From contig NC_043002.1 of assembly GCF_006345805.1 (NCBI RefSeq), positions 70,370,001 through 70,434,000 of the forward strand: DNA of 64,000 bases. The letters run 5' to 3'. Below, piece after piece: positions 40,181 through 53,044 of this stretch. Positions within the stretch are counted from its first letter, which is position 1, and every line of letters starts with the position of its first letter. Under the pieces are notes generated by a model, which was given only the letters and a program-made list of their open reading frames with translations, made no database searches and was not told the DNA's origin. This DNA comes from Octopus sinensis. Its lineage: Eukaryota. The translations under genes and the position numbers were made by a program.

Positions 40181-40181
<1 letters not shown>
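40080..40181. repeat. Perfect palindrome (48-bp arms, 6-nt loop)
   Basis: acattatataattagggcttag..ccacatact-aagtcc-agtatgtggc..ttatataatgt. Confidence 0.95.
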
Positions 40182-40228
<47 letters not shown>

Positions 40229-40325
40229 TCAATATAGGGTGGCAAAAAAATTTTGTAGAATTTTTTTGCCACCAGCGGCCTAGTGGGAAAAAATTAAATA
40301 GTCATAGACCATTTATAAGTTCAAC

Positions 40326-40684
40326 ATCACAATCAAGGAACGGCTATAATAGGCCATTCACCCACTAGAAATAACAGCCAAAGCTTCAACCGCAAAATAA
40401 CATTAATTCCGCAAACCAGGAGAAAATTAAAAAAACATTTACCCTGTAATTTCTTATACGATGCACCGTTTCATCTATTGTTTAATGGTAAACTAACCTG
40501 GTTAGTTTAATGGTTAGTTTACCATTAAACAATAGATGAAACGGTGCATCGTATAAGAAATTACAGGGTAAATGTTTTTTTAATTTTCTCCTGGTTTGCG
40601 GAATTAATGTTATTTTGCGGTTGAAGCTTTGGCTGTTATTTCTAGTGGGTGAATGGCCTATTATGGCCGTTCCTTGATTGTGAT
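40326..40684. repeat. Near-perfect palindrome (173-bp arms, 13-nt loop)
   Basis: One mismatch between the arms; the loop duplicates tggttagttta. Confidence 0.95.
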
Positions 40685-40686
40685 AT

Positions 40687-40736
<50 letters not shown>

Positions 40737-40738
<2 letters not shown>

Positions 40739-41175
40739 AATAAGTCCCCGGTCGAGTTGCTCAATTAAAGGCGGTGCTCCAGCATGGCCGTATTCAAATG
40801 ACTGAAACAAGTAAAAGAGTACTTTACTCTTTAATCGAGCAACTCGACCCCGGGACTTATTCTTTTTGTAAGCCCAGTACTTATTCTATCGGTCTCTTTT
40901 GCCGAACCGCTAAGTAACGGGGACATAAACACACCAGCATCGGTTGTCAAGCAATGCTAGGGGGACAAACACAGACACACAAACACACACACACGCTTAT
41001 ATATACATATATACGACGGGCTTCTTTCAGTTTCCGTCTACCAAATCCACTGACAAGGCTTTGGTCGGCCCAAGGCTATAGTAGAAGACACTTGCCCAAG
41101 GTGCCACGCAGTGGGACTGAACCCGGAACCATGTGGTTGGTAAACAAGCTACTTACCACACAGCCACTCCTGCGC
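40737..41175 (-). mobile_element. Young SINE family B copy with an inverted duplication of its 3' end
   Basis: Minus-strand copy 40830-41175, preceded by a plus-strand 3' end (40737-40820) that folds back onto 40830-40863. Confidence 0.85.
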
Positions 41176-41428
41176 CATCTGTGGATAAATTTTAAATTTG
41201 ATGATATCACCAGCAGTGACATAGGTGGATCGCAGGCGCAATAGCATTAAATAGCTATGAATTATAAATTTACACGAAGCGTAAGGATGCTCAACAAGCA
41301 TCCACCTGCTAGAAATATGAGCTAAAGTCTTAAATTTATCCATAAGTACATATATATACGTTTAAATATTTGTTGTGCAAACTGGCAATATGACCATTCC
41401 GAAATATAACAATACATATATATATATT

Positions 41429-41475
<47 letters not shown>

Positions 41476-41999
41476 ATTATAGAAAGGTATGCATAAATGC
41501 TTACTTACATATGGATAACGATATTACAATTACATAGTAGATTTGAAGAAATGTTTTCACGGGTATCATAACTTAATGAAAGCATATTCCATATCCTTTA
41601 GGGGAGAGAAATAGCGAAGAAAATTTGTCGAGATTTCGATACTGATAGAGAATTCATCAAGCATGTTTGTAGTTAGAATTCTTTCAAAGAGTATCACAAT
41701 TCCCGTGTATAAACTCTGATACAAATCAGAATTTATAAACAATACTATATAATCATCTAACAGGATATTAAATTTCTCTTCTAGAATGTGTTGACAACTG
41801 CTGGATCCGTCCGGTTTCTAGAATGGTTTATTAAATGGCCATCTTTGTGCAATTAAAAGTACTTACTATTGAGTGGACAACATGTAGTGATGATATAATT
41901 AAAGGACAATGATATAGTGAAGGTTTTGCTATGCATTATCTGTGAAACTAAAGATTCTATTAGCTTGCTAGCCGTAAAGAGATTATTAGTAATTCAAGT

Positions 42000-42330
42000 A
42001 GTACTCTTAATGCTTGTATAAACAACTATATGACATAAGCTTGTGGCAAACAAATCAAAGACCTAAATAATAGTCTATTTAATAAAACTCAAGGTACATT
42101 ATTCAACTTATAGCAGTAATATCTACACCGGTCTACCTACATAATGACAAACAGCAATAGTCGGCGACATCACTTCATCAAGAAGGTGACGACACGACTG
42201 CCTAGAAACATTCATTCCTAATTGGGAGACTTTAACATTCTTAAATCTATGCAATTAACTGAAAAATTGAAATGGTATAGAACATGGCCGCGTTTTCAAA
42301 CTACATTCCTAAACGGATACATGTTCCTCT
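42000..42330 (+). mobile_element. Degenerate LINE endonuclease fragment
   Basis: ctaattgggagactttaacatt gives an LIGDFNI-like motif after a 1-nt indel. Confidence 0.35.
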
Positions 42331-42444
42331 TTCCATTGTATATCTGTCTGTCTGCCTGCTTGCCTGCCTGTCCGTCCGTCCGTCTGTCTGTCTGTCTGTC
42401 TGTCCGTCTGTCTGTCCGTCTGTCTGTCTGTCTGTCTGTCTGTC

Positions 42445-42900
42445 TTGTCTAGAGAATGTTTTAAAAAAAGATGGGTGACTGTAGCAAGGATGGCACGTAT
42501 GAATGATGAAGCCACCTTGACTATGATTCTATGAACCGTAAAAATTAATACAGAAAGTTGCTTATTTGCAAAAAAAAAAAACGAAATATAACATGTGACT
42601 TCATTGACCGAGGTTACCGTGGTCTTTTCCGTAGGCTTTTCTTTCCACGAGTAAACGTCACCTGTCCTCCCCTTTACACTTCATATTGACATTACTGTGA
42701 TAACGAGCCCTATTGATCAATTTTTTTTCCTTTTCCTCCCCCCCTTTTTTTATTTTATCCCCCTTTTTTTGTCCTCTTTCTTTCCTTTTACTATCCCTTT
42801 TGATCGAAAACCAAACCCCCTTTTTTTACCCCCAAAAGAAAAGCTCTACCTTGTAATTTGTCATGTCTGTGTGCAGCCCTGTGTGGCTAATAAAGAAACA
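42445..42900 (+). mobile_element. Tx1/L1-type LINE, 5'-truncated copy 1 (ORF2 end plus 3'UTR)
   Basis: Near-identical to 44835-45310; (TGTC)n upstream and (TATC)8 downstream. Confidence 0.9.
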
Positions 42901-42933
<33 letters not shown>

Positions 42934-45310
42934 GGCGGTGTACTGCAACTGGCAGCAAAACGGGAGCATTCCTGGTTTTGTGAGCCGAGGAGCCGTAACA
43001 CTGCTGAAGAAAGATCTGAACAAGGGAAATGTAATAGATAACTTTAGGCCCATCACTCTGCTTAATGCAGACTTGAAAATTTTGGCCAAGGTGCTAGCCA
43101 AGAGGTTGGCGCTTGTCATCGAGAAACTGGTCGACAAGGCGCAAACGTGCGCCGTGCCAGGCCGGACCATCCATGACACCTCCATCTGATGCGCTACATC
43201 ATAGACAGGGTAGTTAACGAACCTGGCATGGGTGGGGCCCTGATCAACTTGGATCAATCGAAAGCCTTTGATAGGGTAGACCATCGATACTTGGAGGCAG
43301 TCCTGAGAGCGGCTGGTTTCGGTCCCGTCTTCCGCGGCTGGATAGCTGCCTAGTACAGAGGCATCCGTTCGGTAACGCGTAAATGGACATCTATCGAGAC
43401 CTTTCGACATTGCACGTTCGGTCCGTCAGGATGCCCCCTCTCGGCGCTTCTATACGTATTGACTCTTGAGCCACATACTGCGGAAGCTGGCGACTCTAAT
43501 GGGCATCCCGCGAGAATTGGGATGCGGGACGAGCGTGTCTGCATACGCGGACGACGTCACCGTCATAGTGTCTACCACGAGCACATCGAGCTGGTCGGCG
43601 AGACACTGAAAAACTACGAAGCGGTGACAGGAGCGAAAATCAACCGGGAAAAGTCAGTGGGCTTGCGACTAGGCACCTGAGAAGCAAGCCCATGCCGTCC
43701 ACCAGCGCCTCCGTCGTGGGACGCTGGACCGACGGCCCGTTTGAGTTGCTCGGGGTCTGGTTCGGTCCGGACCTCCAAGTGAGAAGAACTGGAACGAGAT
43801 AACGAGTAGGGTGGTCACTCTCGCCCGGCAATGGGCCGAGAGGAACTGTCCCTAAAAGGTCGAGCGGAGGTGGCGAACACGTACATCGCATCCGTCATCT
43901 ACTACCGCCTGACCGTCGTACCTTGTCCCGACCCTACCATCACCAAACTACAACGCATTCTCTTTCGCTTCTTGTGTAAAGGATGCGTCCCGATGGTCAG
44001 GCGATCCATTTGCTGTCAACACCCGTTAAAAGGAGGGCTGGGCATGCCGTGGTTGATGATGCGCAGATACGCGCTGAGACTGCGACATCTCTGGCTCTAT
44101 GTAGACGACGGTGAACAGGTGTGGTCGCCGTTTGTGAGGCACGCTTTCCCGCAGCTCGTCTCCATGACCGAACTGCAGTCGTGGATCAAAAAGAGGCCGA
44201 GGAAGGGCGAATGGCACCGCGAGTGTCGCGTTGCTCTCAAGCAACTCTGCCGTCCTGGATCGACCTTAAGTGACTTCAACACAACCAAAGCATTCTATAG
44301 GGGTTTAGTGGAGGGGAGGTACGACGACGAGCTCGGGGCGAACCTGGACGTCGACGAGGAGTACCTGACCCGCCTGTTCAGGACGACTTTCGGGCCAGGG
44401 CCCATGGACAACTTCCAGAGATCCCTGGCCTGGCAGTGCTACCGAGAAGCGCTACCCGTTCGGGATAAGCTCTACAGACACGGCTCGAGAAACAGGGGCC
44501 GACCTGCCCGAGATGCGGTCAGAGCGACGAAACCGTTCTGCACCGCACTCGTTCAGTGTCCAACAATTTCCGACCTGTGGGCTTATGTCGAACAACTGCT
44601 GTCACGTGTGGGACGAGTCGGTTATCAGCTGAGTCTATCGTCAATATTGTCACGCCTCCTTCCTTCAAACGGGAAGGAAGAGCTATTTTCATCATCCTTG
44701 TGGCTATGGCGAAAGAATGTATCTGGTGGACGCGTCTGAAAGGATTGGAGACAAACACTTTCCTCTCTGGTCAATCTCTCATCAACTTCTTCAAGTACCA
44801 CTTGAAAGGGAAAGTGAGAGTAGAGAGGCAAGTTTTGTCTAGCGAATGTTTTAAAAAAAGATGGGTGAATGTAGCAAGAATGGCACGTATGAATGACGAA
44901 GCCACCTTGAGCATAATCCTATGAACCCAGAAATTGAAAACAGAGATTTGCTTATTTGCAAAAAAAAAAAAAAAAAAAAAAAAAGAAATATAAATTGTGA
45001 CTTCATTGACCGAGGTTACCGTGGTCTTTTCCGTAGGCTTTTCTTTCCACGGGTAAACCTCACCTGTCCTCCCCTTTACACTTCATATTGACATTTCTGT
45101 GATAACGATCCCTATTGATCAATTTTTTTTCCTCTCCCCCCTTTTTTTTAACCCCCCCTTTTTTGTCCTCTTTCTCTCCTTTTACGATCCCTTTTGATCG
45201 AAACTCCCCCCTTTCCTTTTTTTTTTTTTTTTTTTAAACCTTCAAAAGAAAAGCTCTACCTTGTAATTTGTTCTATCTGTGTGCAGCCCTGTGTGGCTAA
45301 TAAAGAAACA
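42934..45310 (+). mobile_element. Tx1/L1-type LINE, 5'-truncated copy 2 (RT, zf-RVT CCHC region, 3'UTR)
   Basis: NFRPITLLNADLKILAK, LDQSKAFDRVDH, RQGCPLS, AYADD, WQCYREALPVRDKL and CPRC..H...C. It ends ggctaataaagaaaca + (TATC)n and is near-identical to 63415-64000. Confidence 0.95.
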
Positions 45311-45517
<207 letters not shown>

Positions 45518-47393
45518 CCCGTCTCACTTTCTATATGTATACATATATGTATGTCTGTGTGTATGTATGTATATATGCATACGTATCTGTATGCATGTTG
45601 TAAGATACATAAACACAAGAGGGCTTCTGTCGTGTATTTGCATGCGGTGTAAAAAATAGAGATAACAGAATAAAGAAAAATGATAAGGACAAAAAATATA
45701 GACTTTTCCCGACTGCTGTTTCACGATTTGACAACTTACGAAATAACTTTATTCATATGCAACATATGTATGACGTCATATGCATGTTGCCTGCGACAAG
45801 ACCCGATGAAATTGTGAAAGTAAGTTAGGTGTTCCTCCTCAAGAGAAAGGTGGCAAATATATATTTTCTTGCAATGTTTGCAAATATGAAGATTTAAAGA
45901 GAGCAGTGTGTAGTAGGGAGGAAGAGGTGGGGAGAAGGCGTAGGAAACACAATTAGAAGGGTGGTTAAGGGGAGATATGAGATGAAAATATTGCTTGACA
46001 AAGACCAGACATAAAAAAGAAAGTTAATTTCTGGCCGTAGAAATATTGTTGTTAATTCAAAATAGCGGGGGACCAAATTAGTAGTTTATAGACAGACAAG
46101 ATAATGCAGTTAAGAAAAATATACACCCCCTGAAAACCCAGAGCACGCCATATATTTGTGCTGGTCTATAATTTGTAGTGGAACCCCTACAACGCAAATC
46201 ATCACGCCTTTAAATTATGTTGCTAAAAGTCGCTTTCTGTACTCCGCCAGAATGTGACTTTCGATACTTAATCGATTCTTTGAAGTAATATTTGCTTCCA
46301 GACGAATTCTACCGAATCTCTGCTCATTATGTAAAATCATTATAATTTCTCATTATCTTCGCTAAAATTCTCTTTCACTCACCTACCTTCTCTTACTAAA
46401 CCTCACTTCCTTACCACAACACTTATTCTCCACGCTATACTGTCCCTCACTTCTATTGTTCTTAATTGCTTTATCTTGTCTGTGAACTACTAATTTGGTC
46501 CTCCATCACACTAGTGTTTATCTCACTACCTCCTTAACAGCTTGATAAAGACTGTTCATATAGCTGATTTTCGATGATGAAGCCCCAGATATGGATGAAG
46601 AAATTGCAGTTTGAGTTCCCATCCATGTAAACACTACTCTGTATCATCAATGCCAATACTATACTCACCTTGCTTTCACGTACCCACTGCTTATATCTTC
46701 TCTATATATAAAACTGAATTGCGTTTTTACCGCTTGGATCGCTTTCAATGCCACTACATCCCGTCCGATTCGCTCCAAAATTTACAGGGACATGTAGAAT
46801 GAGGTGACGATGCGCGTGGGCTACCTTAGAAATCCCTATCTTAAAAGGTGTGGTTGCTAGGGGCCATCTTCCTCACTCACCCTATTTCCTCCTTTCCCTC
46901 TCTTACTCCTCTTCATAACTTTCAGAAGTCCACTACGGTTATTTAAAGTATCTGTCACTATCGCTATTTCCTTTCTTTTTCACTGACTCTGTTTCCTACC
47001 TTCCTATCACTTCGGCGGCGTTCTTTTAAGTATATGTCTGTCACCAACAAACGACACACGAGCATGAGAACAAATATTATGAATCAGATATTCTTGCGTT
47101 CATTTATATGTGTGTGTGTGTGTTCTATATATAAATATGTATATATAATGTATGTGTGTGTGTGTGTGTTCTATATATAAATATTATATATAATGTATGT
47201 GTGTGTGTGTGTGTGTTCTATATATAAATATGTATATATAATGTATATATACAAAGTGTATATATCTGTATTTATGTATATTAAACTTTTTCATACTTTT
47301 TCATAGTTATATATATTTTTAAACAAATTATAAATATAATTTAATAATTTTATTTTCAATTTAAATAATTTAAAGTTTTCAATTTTATATTTA

Positions 47394-47892
47394 CTAGCAG
47401 TATCGCCCGGCGTTGCTCGTGTTTGTAAGGGAAATAACTATATAAGCATTTTTAGTGAGTTATAGCAAAAAAAATAGCAAAAAATGCATTAAAAATGGAA
47501 TAAAAAATGATAGTAATTTTTTTTTAAATCGTTGACTCATCGTAGACATTTTTAGAGAGTTACTTCCCTTATATAATAGCGAAAAATGCATTAAAATGGA
47601 ATAAAAAATGATGGTAATTTTTTTTTAATCGTTGACTCATCGTAGACATTTTTAGAGAGTTACTTCCCTTATATAATAGCGAAAAATGCATTAAAATGGA
47701 ATAAAAAGTGATGGTAAATTTTTTTTTAAATCGTAGACTCATCGTAGACGCGCGCTAATACCCAGAAGGGCTCGATATGAATCACGACTATAAGATACCC
47801 GGTTTTGGTCACACTGCACCGCAAAATGTGGGAGTGGTTAGGAATCTAAATCGTAGGAGACAGACACACAACCTTACTTTTATATATAAAGA
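47394..47892 (-). mobile_element. Non-autonomous Helitron, unit 1
   Basis: 5' TC at 47892-47891; 3' hairpin (cacgagcaacgccgggcg) + CTAG|T at 47394; internal duplication of about 100 bp. Confidence 0.85.
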
Positions 47893-48406
47893 CTAGCAGT
47901 ATCGCCCGGCGTTGCTCGGGTTTGTAAGGGAAATAACTATATAAGCATTTTTAGAGAGTTATAGCAAAAAATGCATTAAAATGGAATAAAAAGTGATGGT
48001 AATTTTTTTTTAATCGTTGACTCAGTGTTTTCAAGCCATGAAGTCGTTGTTCTAAAAGAACGCTGGTCTCCTTGACAACGCTTTACGACGTTGATTTCCT
48101 TACACTCCCTTCCCCACAGCTTCACGAAGGAGAAGCAAACAGGTGCAGATGTGAGCGTGGACGCCAACTCCGCCGCCATCGACACACGAAAAATTATGCA
48201 TTAAAATGGAATAAAAAATGATGTTAAATTATTTTTAAAATCGTAGACTCATCGTAGACGCGCGCTAATAGCCAGACGGGCTCGATATGAATAACGACTA
48301 TAAGATACCCGAATTTTGTTAAACTGCACCGCAAAATGTGGGAGTAGTTAGGAATCTAAATCGAAGGGGACAGACACTCACACAACTACAGTTTTATATA
48401 TATAGA
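47893..48406 (-). mobile_element. Non-autonomous Helitron, unit 2
   Basis: A|TCtatatatataaaac 5' end at 48406; 3' cccgagcaacgccgggcgatactgCTAG joined directly to the TC of unit 1. Confidence 0.85.
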
Positions 48407-49404
48407 TATATTTTCTATGTTATATTTTCTTTTTTTATGTTTTTGTTTTTGGTTTTTCACTGTTTGATTTGCCTATTAGTGGTTTTATCTCTAGTTTAAT
48501 TTATACAGATATATATCTCATTTGTATACATTTGTATATATAATGCGTGCACACACACACACATATATATATATATATACACATATATATATAATGTGTG
48601 CATTACGTAGTCGGTCGATTCAGCTGAAAATATGCACACCTATGTTAAAGGTGCTGACAAGTTTGCATGACAACTATTTTGTTCCTCAAATGAAAGGCGT
48701 CACTTCTAGGACAAAATTCCTCATCTTATAAAATGTGGCCCCAGTAGACCCGAATGAAATCGGATTATATTAACCAAAATGTGAAAAGGGGTCTAAATGG
48801 GGCTGGAAGGGGATTAAAATTTCAAGGAGTGGGTGTTTAGGAATTCTCTGTTAATCAAGCTAAAAAATTTGCGCCAGCCTTTTAATCGTCAATGTGTTGC
48901 CGTCCATGATAAAGAAGTTTTGAATGCTTGCCATGGTGAGTCTACTGTCGTGAGAAAGAATCACTTCAAAACTTGGTGTTTACGAATTTTCTTTTACATC
49001 AAGTTCAAAATTTTACGCCAGCCGTTAAACTGTCACTACGTTGCTGTCCGTCGTTAACAAATGCCAGCCATGGTGACTCTACTATCTTCAGATTCTATCC
49101 CTTCAAACTTTGGTTTCCAATATTTTATTATTTTTATTCAGCTCGCAAGTTCGTCTGTCCCTTTTAAATGTTAGCGTTTTGCTGTCTGCCTTGAAGCAGA
49201 CCTTTCCATTGCCACTGCCTCATATTCTGATTGATCTTTCTAATATTTTATTTCTCAACTTACTCAAGATCTTCTGTTGTTTATAAATGGGAGAGAGATA
49301 GATAAAGATAGAGAGTAAGAGAAAGCGAGGGAGAGTCCGAGAGAAAAGAAAAGTAAGAGAGTGGGAAAGTGAGAGAGAAAGGAGAGAGAAACACATACGG
49401 AGAA

Positions 49405-49715
49405 TCATCATCATCATCATCGTTTAACGTCCGTTTTTCGTGCTAGCACGGGTTGGGCAGTGTGACCGGGGTCTCGGAAGCCAGGAGGCTGCACCAGGCT
49501 CCATTCTGATCTGGCAGTGTTCTACAGGTGGATGACCTTCCTAACGCCAACCACTCTGTGAGTGTAGTGAGTGCATTTTTCGTGCCGCCGGCACTGGTGC
49601 CAGGGGGGCTCGCAGTGGCAACGATCAGTTGGTGCTTTTTACGTGCCACCGGCACAGAAGCAAGTCAAGGCGGTGCTGCAATCGGCCACGTTCGGATGGT
49701 GCTTTTTACGTGCTG
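49405..49715 (-). mobile_element. RTE-associated SINE/LINE 3' end with an (ATG)n tail
   Basis: tggttggcgttaggaaggtcatccacctgtagaa..cccgtgctagcacgaaaaacggacgttaaacgatgatgatg on the minus strand. Confidence 0.65.
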
Positions 49716-49781
49716 AAAGGAAGCAACAGAAAGTAACACCCACACTCTTACCCGCGCGTAGAGCGGGTCACCTTCAGCTAG

Positions 49782-49819
<38 letters not shown>

Positions 49820-49866
49820 AAATGTCAAATGTTTTGGCGGCTGATTTTTGGCCCACCCTATGCATG

Positions 49867-49924
<58 letters not shown>

Positions 49925-49999
49925 CGTGCGTGTGTATGTTTGTGTGTTTGTAAGTATCTATGTATATGTAGTTACTCCAAACATGAACAAAGAGAAAAC

Positions 50000-50170
50000 A
50001 TAACATCGCGAGGACGTGGAACAAGTATAGTGTTATTGGACGCTCAGGAAAGGAAAGAAAACAGGAGGATTTAACGTTTTGAGCGGAGATCTTCGTCAGA
50101 AACATAGAAAAAGGCAAGGTCCAAGGAAGGGAAGACGAAGAAAGAAAGTCGCCAACGATACACGCGATCA
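50000..50170 (-). mobile_element. PLE 3'-end fragment with a degraded hammerhead (50070-50103)
   Basis: ttt-ctgacga-a-gatctccgctc-aaa-acgt-t-aaa, then the family motif cctgagcgtccaata. Confidence 0.55.
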
Positions 50171-50178
50171 CATATTGA

Positions 50179-50277
<99 letters not shown>

Positions 50278-50414
50278 GATATATATACATAAACGTTGGG
50301 AGATTTATGAATAATAATGTTGGTATATATATATATAAATATATATATATATGTATGTGTGTGTGTGTGTGTGTATGTAGCAACATTATTATTTCTAAAT
50401 CTCTCAACGAAAGA

Positions 50415-50810
50415 TATTCAGTAACAGTACTTTAAAGTAAAGATTATTTGCCAACATAATGTGGCAGTCCCGGTTGGAAAGAAGGTTATTGTTATTTAAC
50501 CAAAGGAAACATCGTCACCAACCTCACTCAACACACAGTAATATCTGTAGACCGCGGTTTCTGAGTTATTTCTCTTTCTTAGCACAGAATAACTGTTTGA
50601 CTAGCCAGCCACAGGAGGCTGAGTAAAAGAAATAACCCAGAAACCGTGATCCCCAGATATTGCTCTGTGCAGAGTAGAGATACTGAACTCCCCTGTTCGA
50701 AAATATAAGGATACATATAGTGTATCGTATAGCCAGCTGGAGACGATGTTTCCTGAATTTATATAGCAGTAACATTCGTCCCAACCGGGACATTATGTTG
50801 GCAAATAAAC
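50415..50810. repeat. Old imperfect fold-back (MITE-like)
   Basis: atttgccaacataatgt..cccggttgg pairs with ccaaccgggacattatgttggcaaat; inner blocks ggaaacatcgtc/gacgatgtttcc and ttctgagttatttct/agaaataacccagaa also pair. Confidence 0.7.
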
Positions 50811-51055
50811 TTTATACTATATAAATACAACTATATATATATATATATATTGATATGTGCAAATATATTGGTGATAAAGAGCACTGCTCTATATTATCAA
50901 TATCTATACTAAATTTGCTTTCACGTATTTACTGTTTATATATATATGTTTAAATAACAGTAACATATATATATGAATATATATATGTTTGTGTGTGAAT
51001 TTGTGTGTGAGTGTATGTGCGTGTGTATAGTTATATATATATATATATGTATAAA

Positions 51056-51395
51056 TATCAAATTTCTAAATATATCAGGGAGATATAAGTAGTGGTGGAA
51101 CGATAGAGCAGTTGTATACTGTCAACTTAACGTGACAGTCCCATAAAGGGAATCGCACCACTGCTATTTAGCCCTAGGAAGCATCAACGCTTCCTGTCGG
51201 CTTTGACACATTTCCTGTGTCCTTATGTTTATAAAGGGGAGACAAGCACCCCCAACAGCTAGGCCTGCATCCAGAGACATGTTTCTGAGTCTTCCTCGTC
51301 ATCAGTCTGGAGTAGTATGGTCTGCTAGCTAAAGATACCTGTCTAGACTTTGTAAACTTATATCTCTCTGGGATATTTAGAAATTTAATATTTCT
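51056..51395. mobile_element. MITE with about 35-bp imperfect TIRs
   Basis: tatcaaatttctaaatatatcagggagatataagt / acttatatctctctgggatatttagaaatttaata, in a TA context. Confidence 0.65.
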
Positions 51396-51508
51396 ATTTT
51401 TGGTGATCAGTAAATATACTGATTGTATAAAGCATTGAATAAAATCGGCGTTTAAAATCCCTTTCGTAATTTATATATAAGTATATATGTATATATATAT
51501 GTATATAT

Positions 51509-51539
<31 letters not shown>

Positions 51540-51546
51540 TTATATA

Positions 51547-51591
<45 letters not shown>

Positions 51592-51593
51592 GC

Positions 51594-51627
<34 letters not shown>

Positions 51628-51779
51628 GTATATATATATATATATATATTATAATATATATATATGTATATATATATTATATATATATATATCTATATAT
51701 ATATATATTATATATATAAACACGTACATATATATATATATATAAACACGTACATATATATATATATATCATGTGATCG

Positions 51780-52025
51780 ACCAGACTATTGGATTCTGAT
51801 ATACATTGCTGATCACAATGCGCTTTGCATCATTTTAGCTTTCGAATGATGCCACTCCGCTGGCTAGGAGAGAAGAACAACATTCCATCTGATTGGATGG
51901 CACTTCGTCGCAAGATTAACCATATAGCTGAGTAGACAGGTGCAACGCGAAATGAAGTGTTTTGTTCAAGAAACAACGAACAGCCGATCTGGAAATCGAA
52001 CCTATGATCTCACAGCCGGGCGTGC
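51780..52025 (-). mobile_element. Degenerate SINE family C-like copy
   Basis: gcaacgcgaaatgaagtgttttgttcaagaaac..ggaaatcgaacc matches the family C body and B box. Confidence 0.6.
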
Positions 52026-52193
52026 CTCAGACACATATGCGTTCATAACATTAATGTCATATATATATATGCATTCTCTCTGTCTCTCTCTGTCTATCTA
52101 TCGTGCTATCTAACCCTCTATCTGTCTATCTATCTATCTGCCTTGCATCTATCCATCCATCTCATTGTCTATCTATCTATCTATCTATCTATC

Positions 52194-52240
<47 letters not shown>

Positions 52241-52321
52241 GTGTGTATGTGTGTCTGTCTCTCTGTCTGTGTGCCTGCCTGCTTGTCTGTCTGTCTGTCT
52301 GTCTCTCTATCTATCTATCTC

Positions 52322-52382
<61 letters not shown>

Positions 52383-53044
52383 ATATCTATCTATATATCC
52401 ATCTATGTATCTATATACCTATATGCATGCGCATTTATTATTTTGTGTAAATGTATATATATATGAATTTGTATCTGAATCATACGTATTTATCAGAGTT
52501 TATGTGTCTGTTAACCATACTTATACATGTATTTGCTTCACATATACAGGAATCTGTTCTACGCAAACATGTATGATGTATCAAATACATATTTCAAGAA
52601 AACTGAATGATAGCAACTGCACAGAAGAAAACTTGCCTTCCTATAGATGTCGTAGTTTGCCCTTTAGAATAATTGGTCGGTTTTAATGATTTATCTTACG
52701 TAATTGTCTTTAATTACAATTTTAATTACTCTCGACAATGTACATATTCTCTCTTTTCTAGTCTCTTAAAAATAAATTTCCTTCGGTCTAAAGTAAATCC
52801 ATTTAATATTTGATTTATATCAATGCTTGTAATAAGTTTTATAGCCAGGAAGAAGAACAAAAAAGAAATTATCATAAAAGCCAAAGCATAAGTCTTTGAT
52901 TGCGCTCGAAACAAATGTCTTCTCTGAATATTTTTTACTTGCGAATTACAATACCATAACGTTTATCGTAAATACTAAGGATTTTAGTTTTTGTCTCATA
53001 TTTGGAGTGAAATCCTTTTTGTATGTTCAAATCAATGTAATACT

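Noticed and set aside
46068-46505. Short inverted similarity (ggaccaaattagtagtt..acagacaagata) within decayed LINE-like sequence
   Set aside because: Only about 40 bp and imperfect; probably two fragments of an old repeat.
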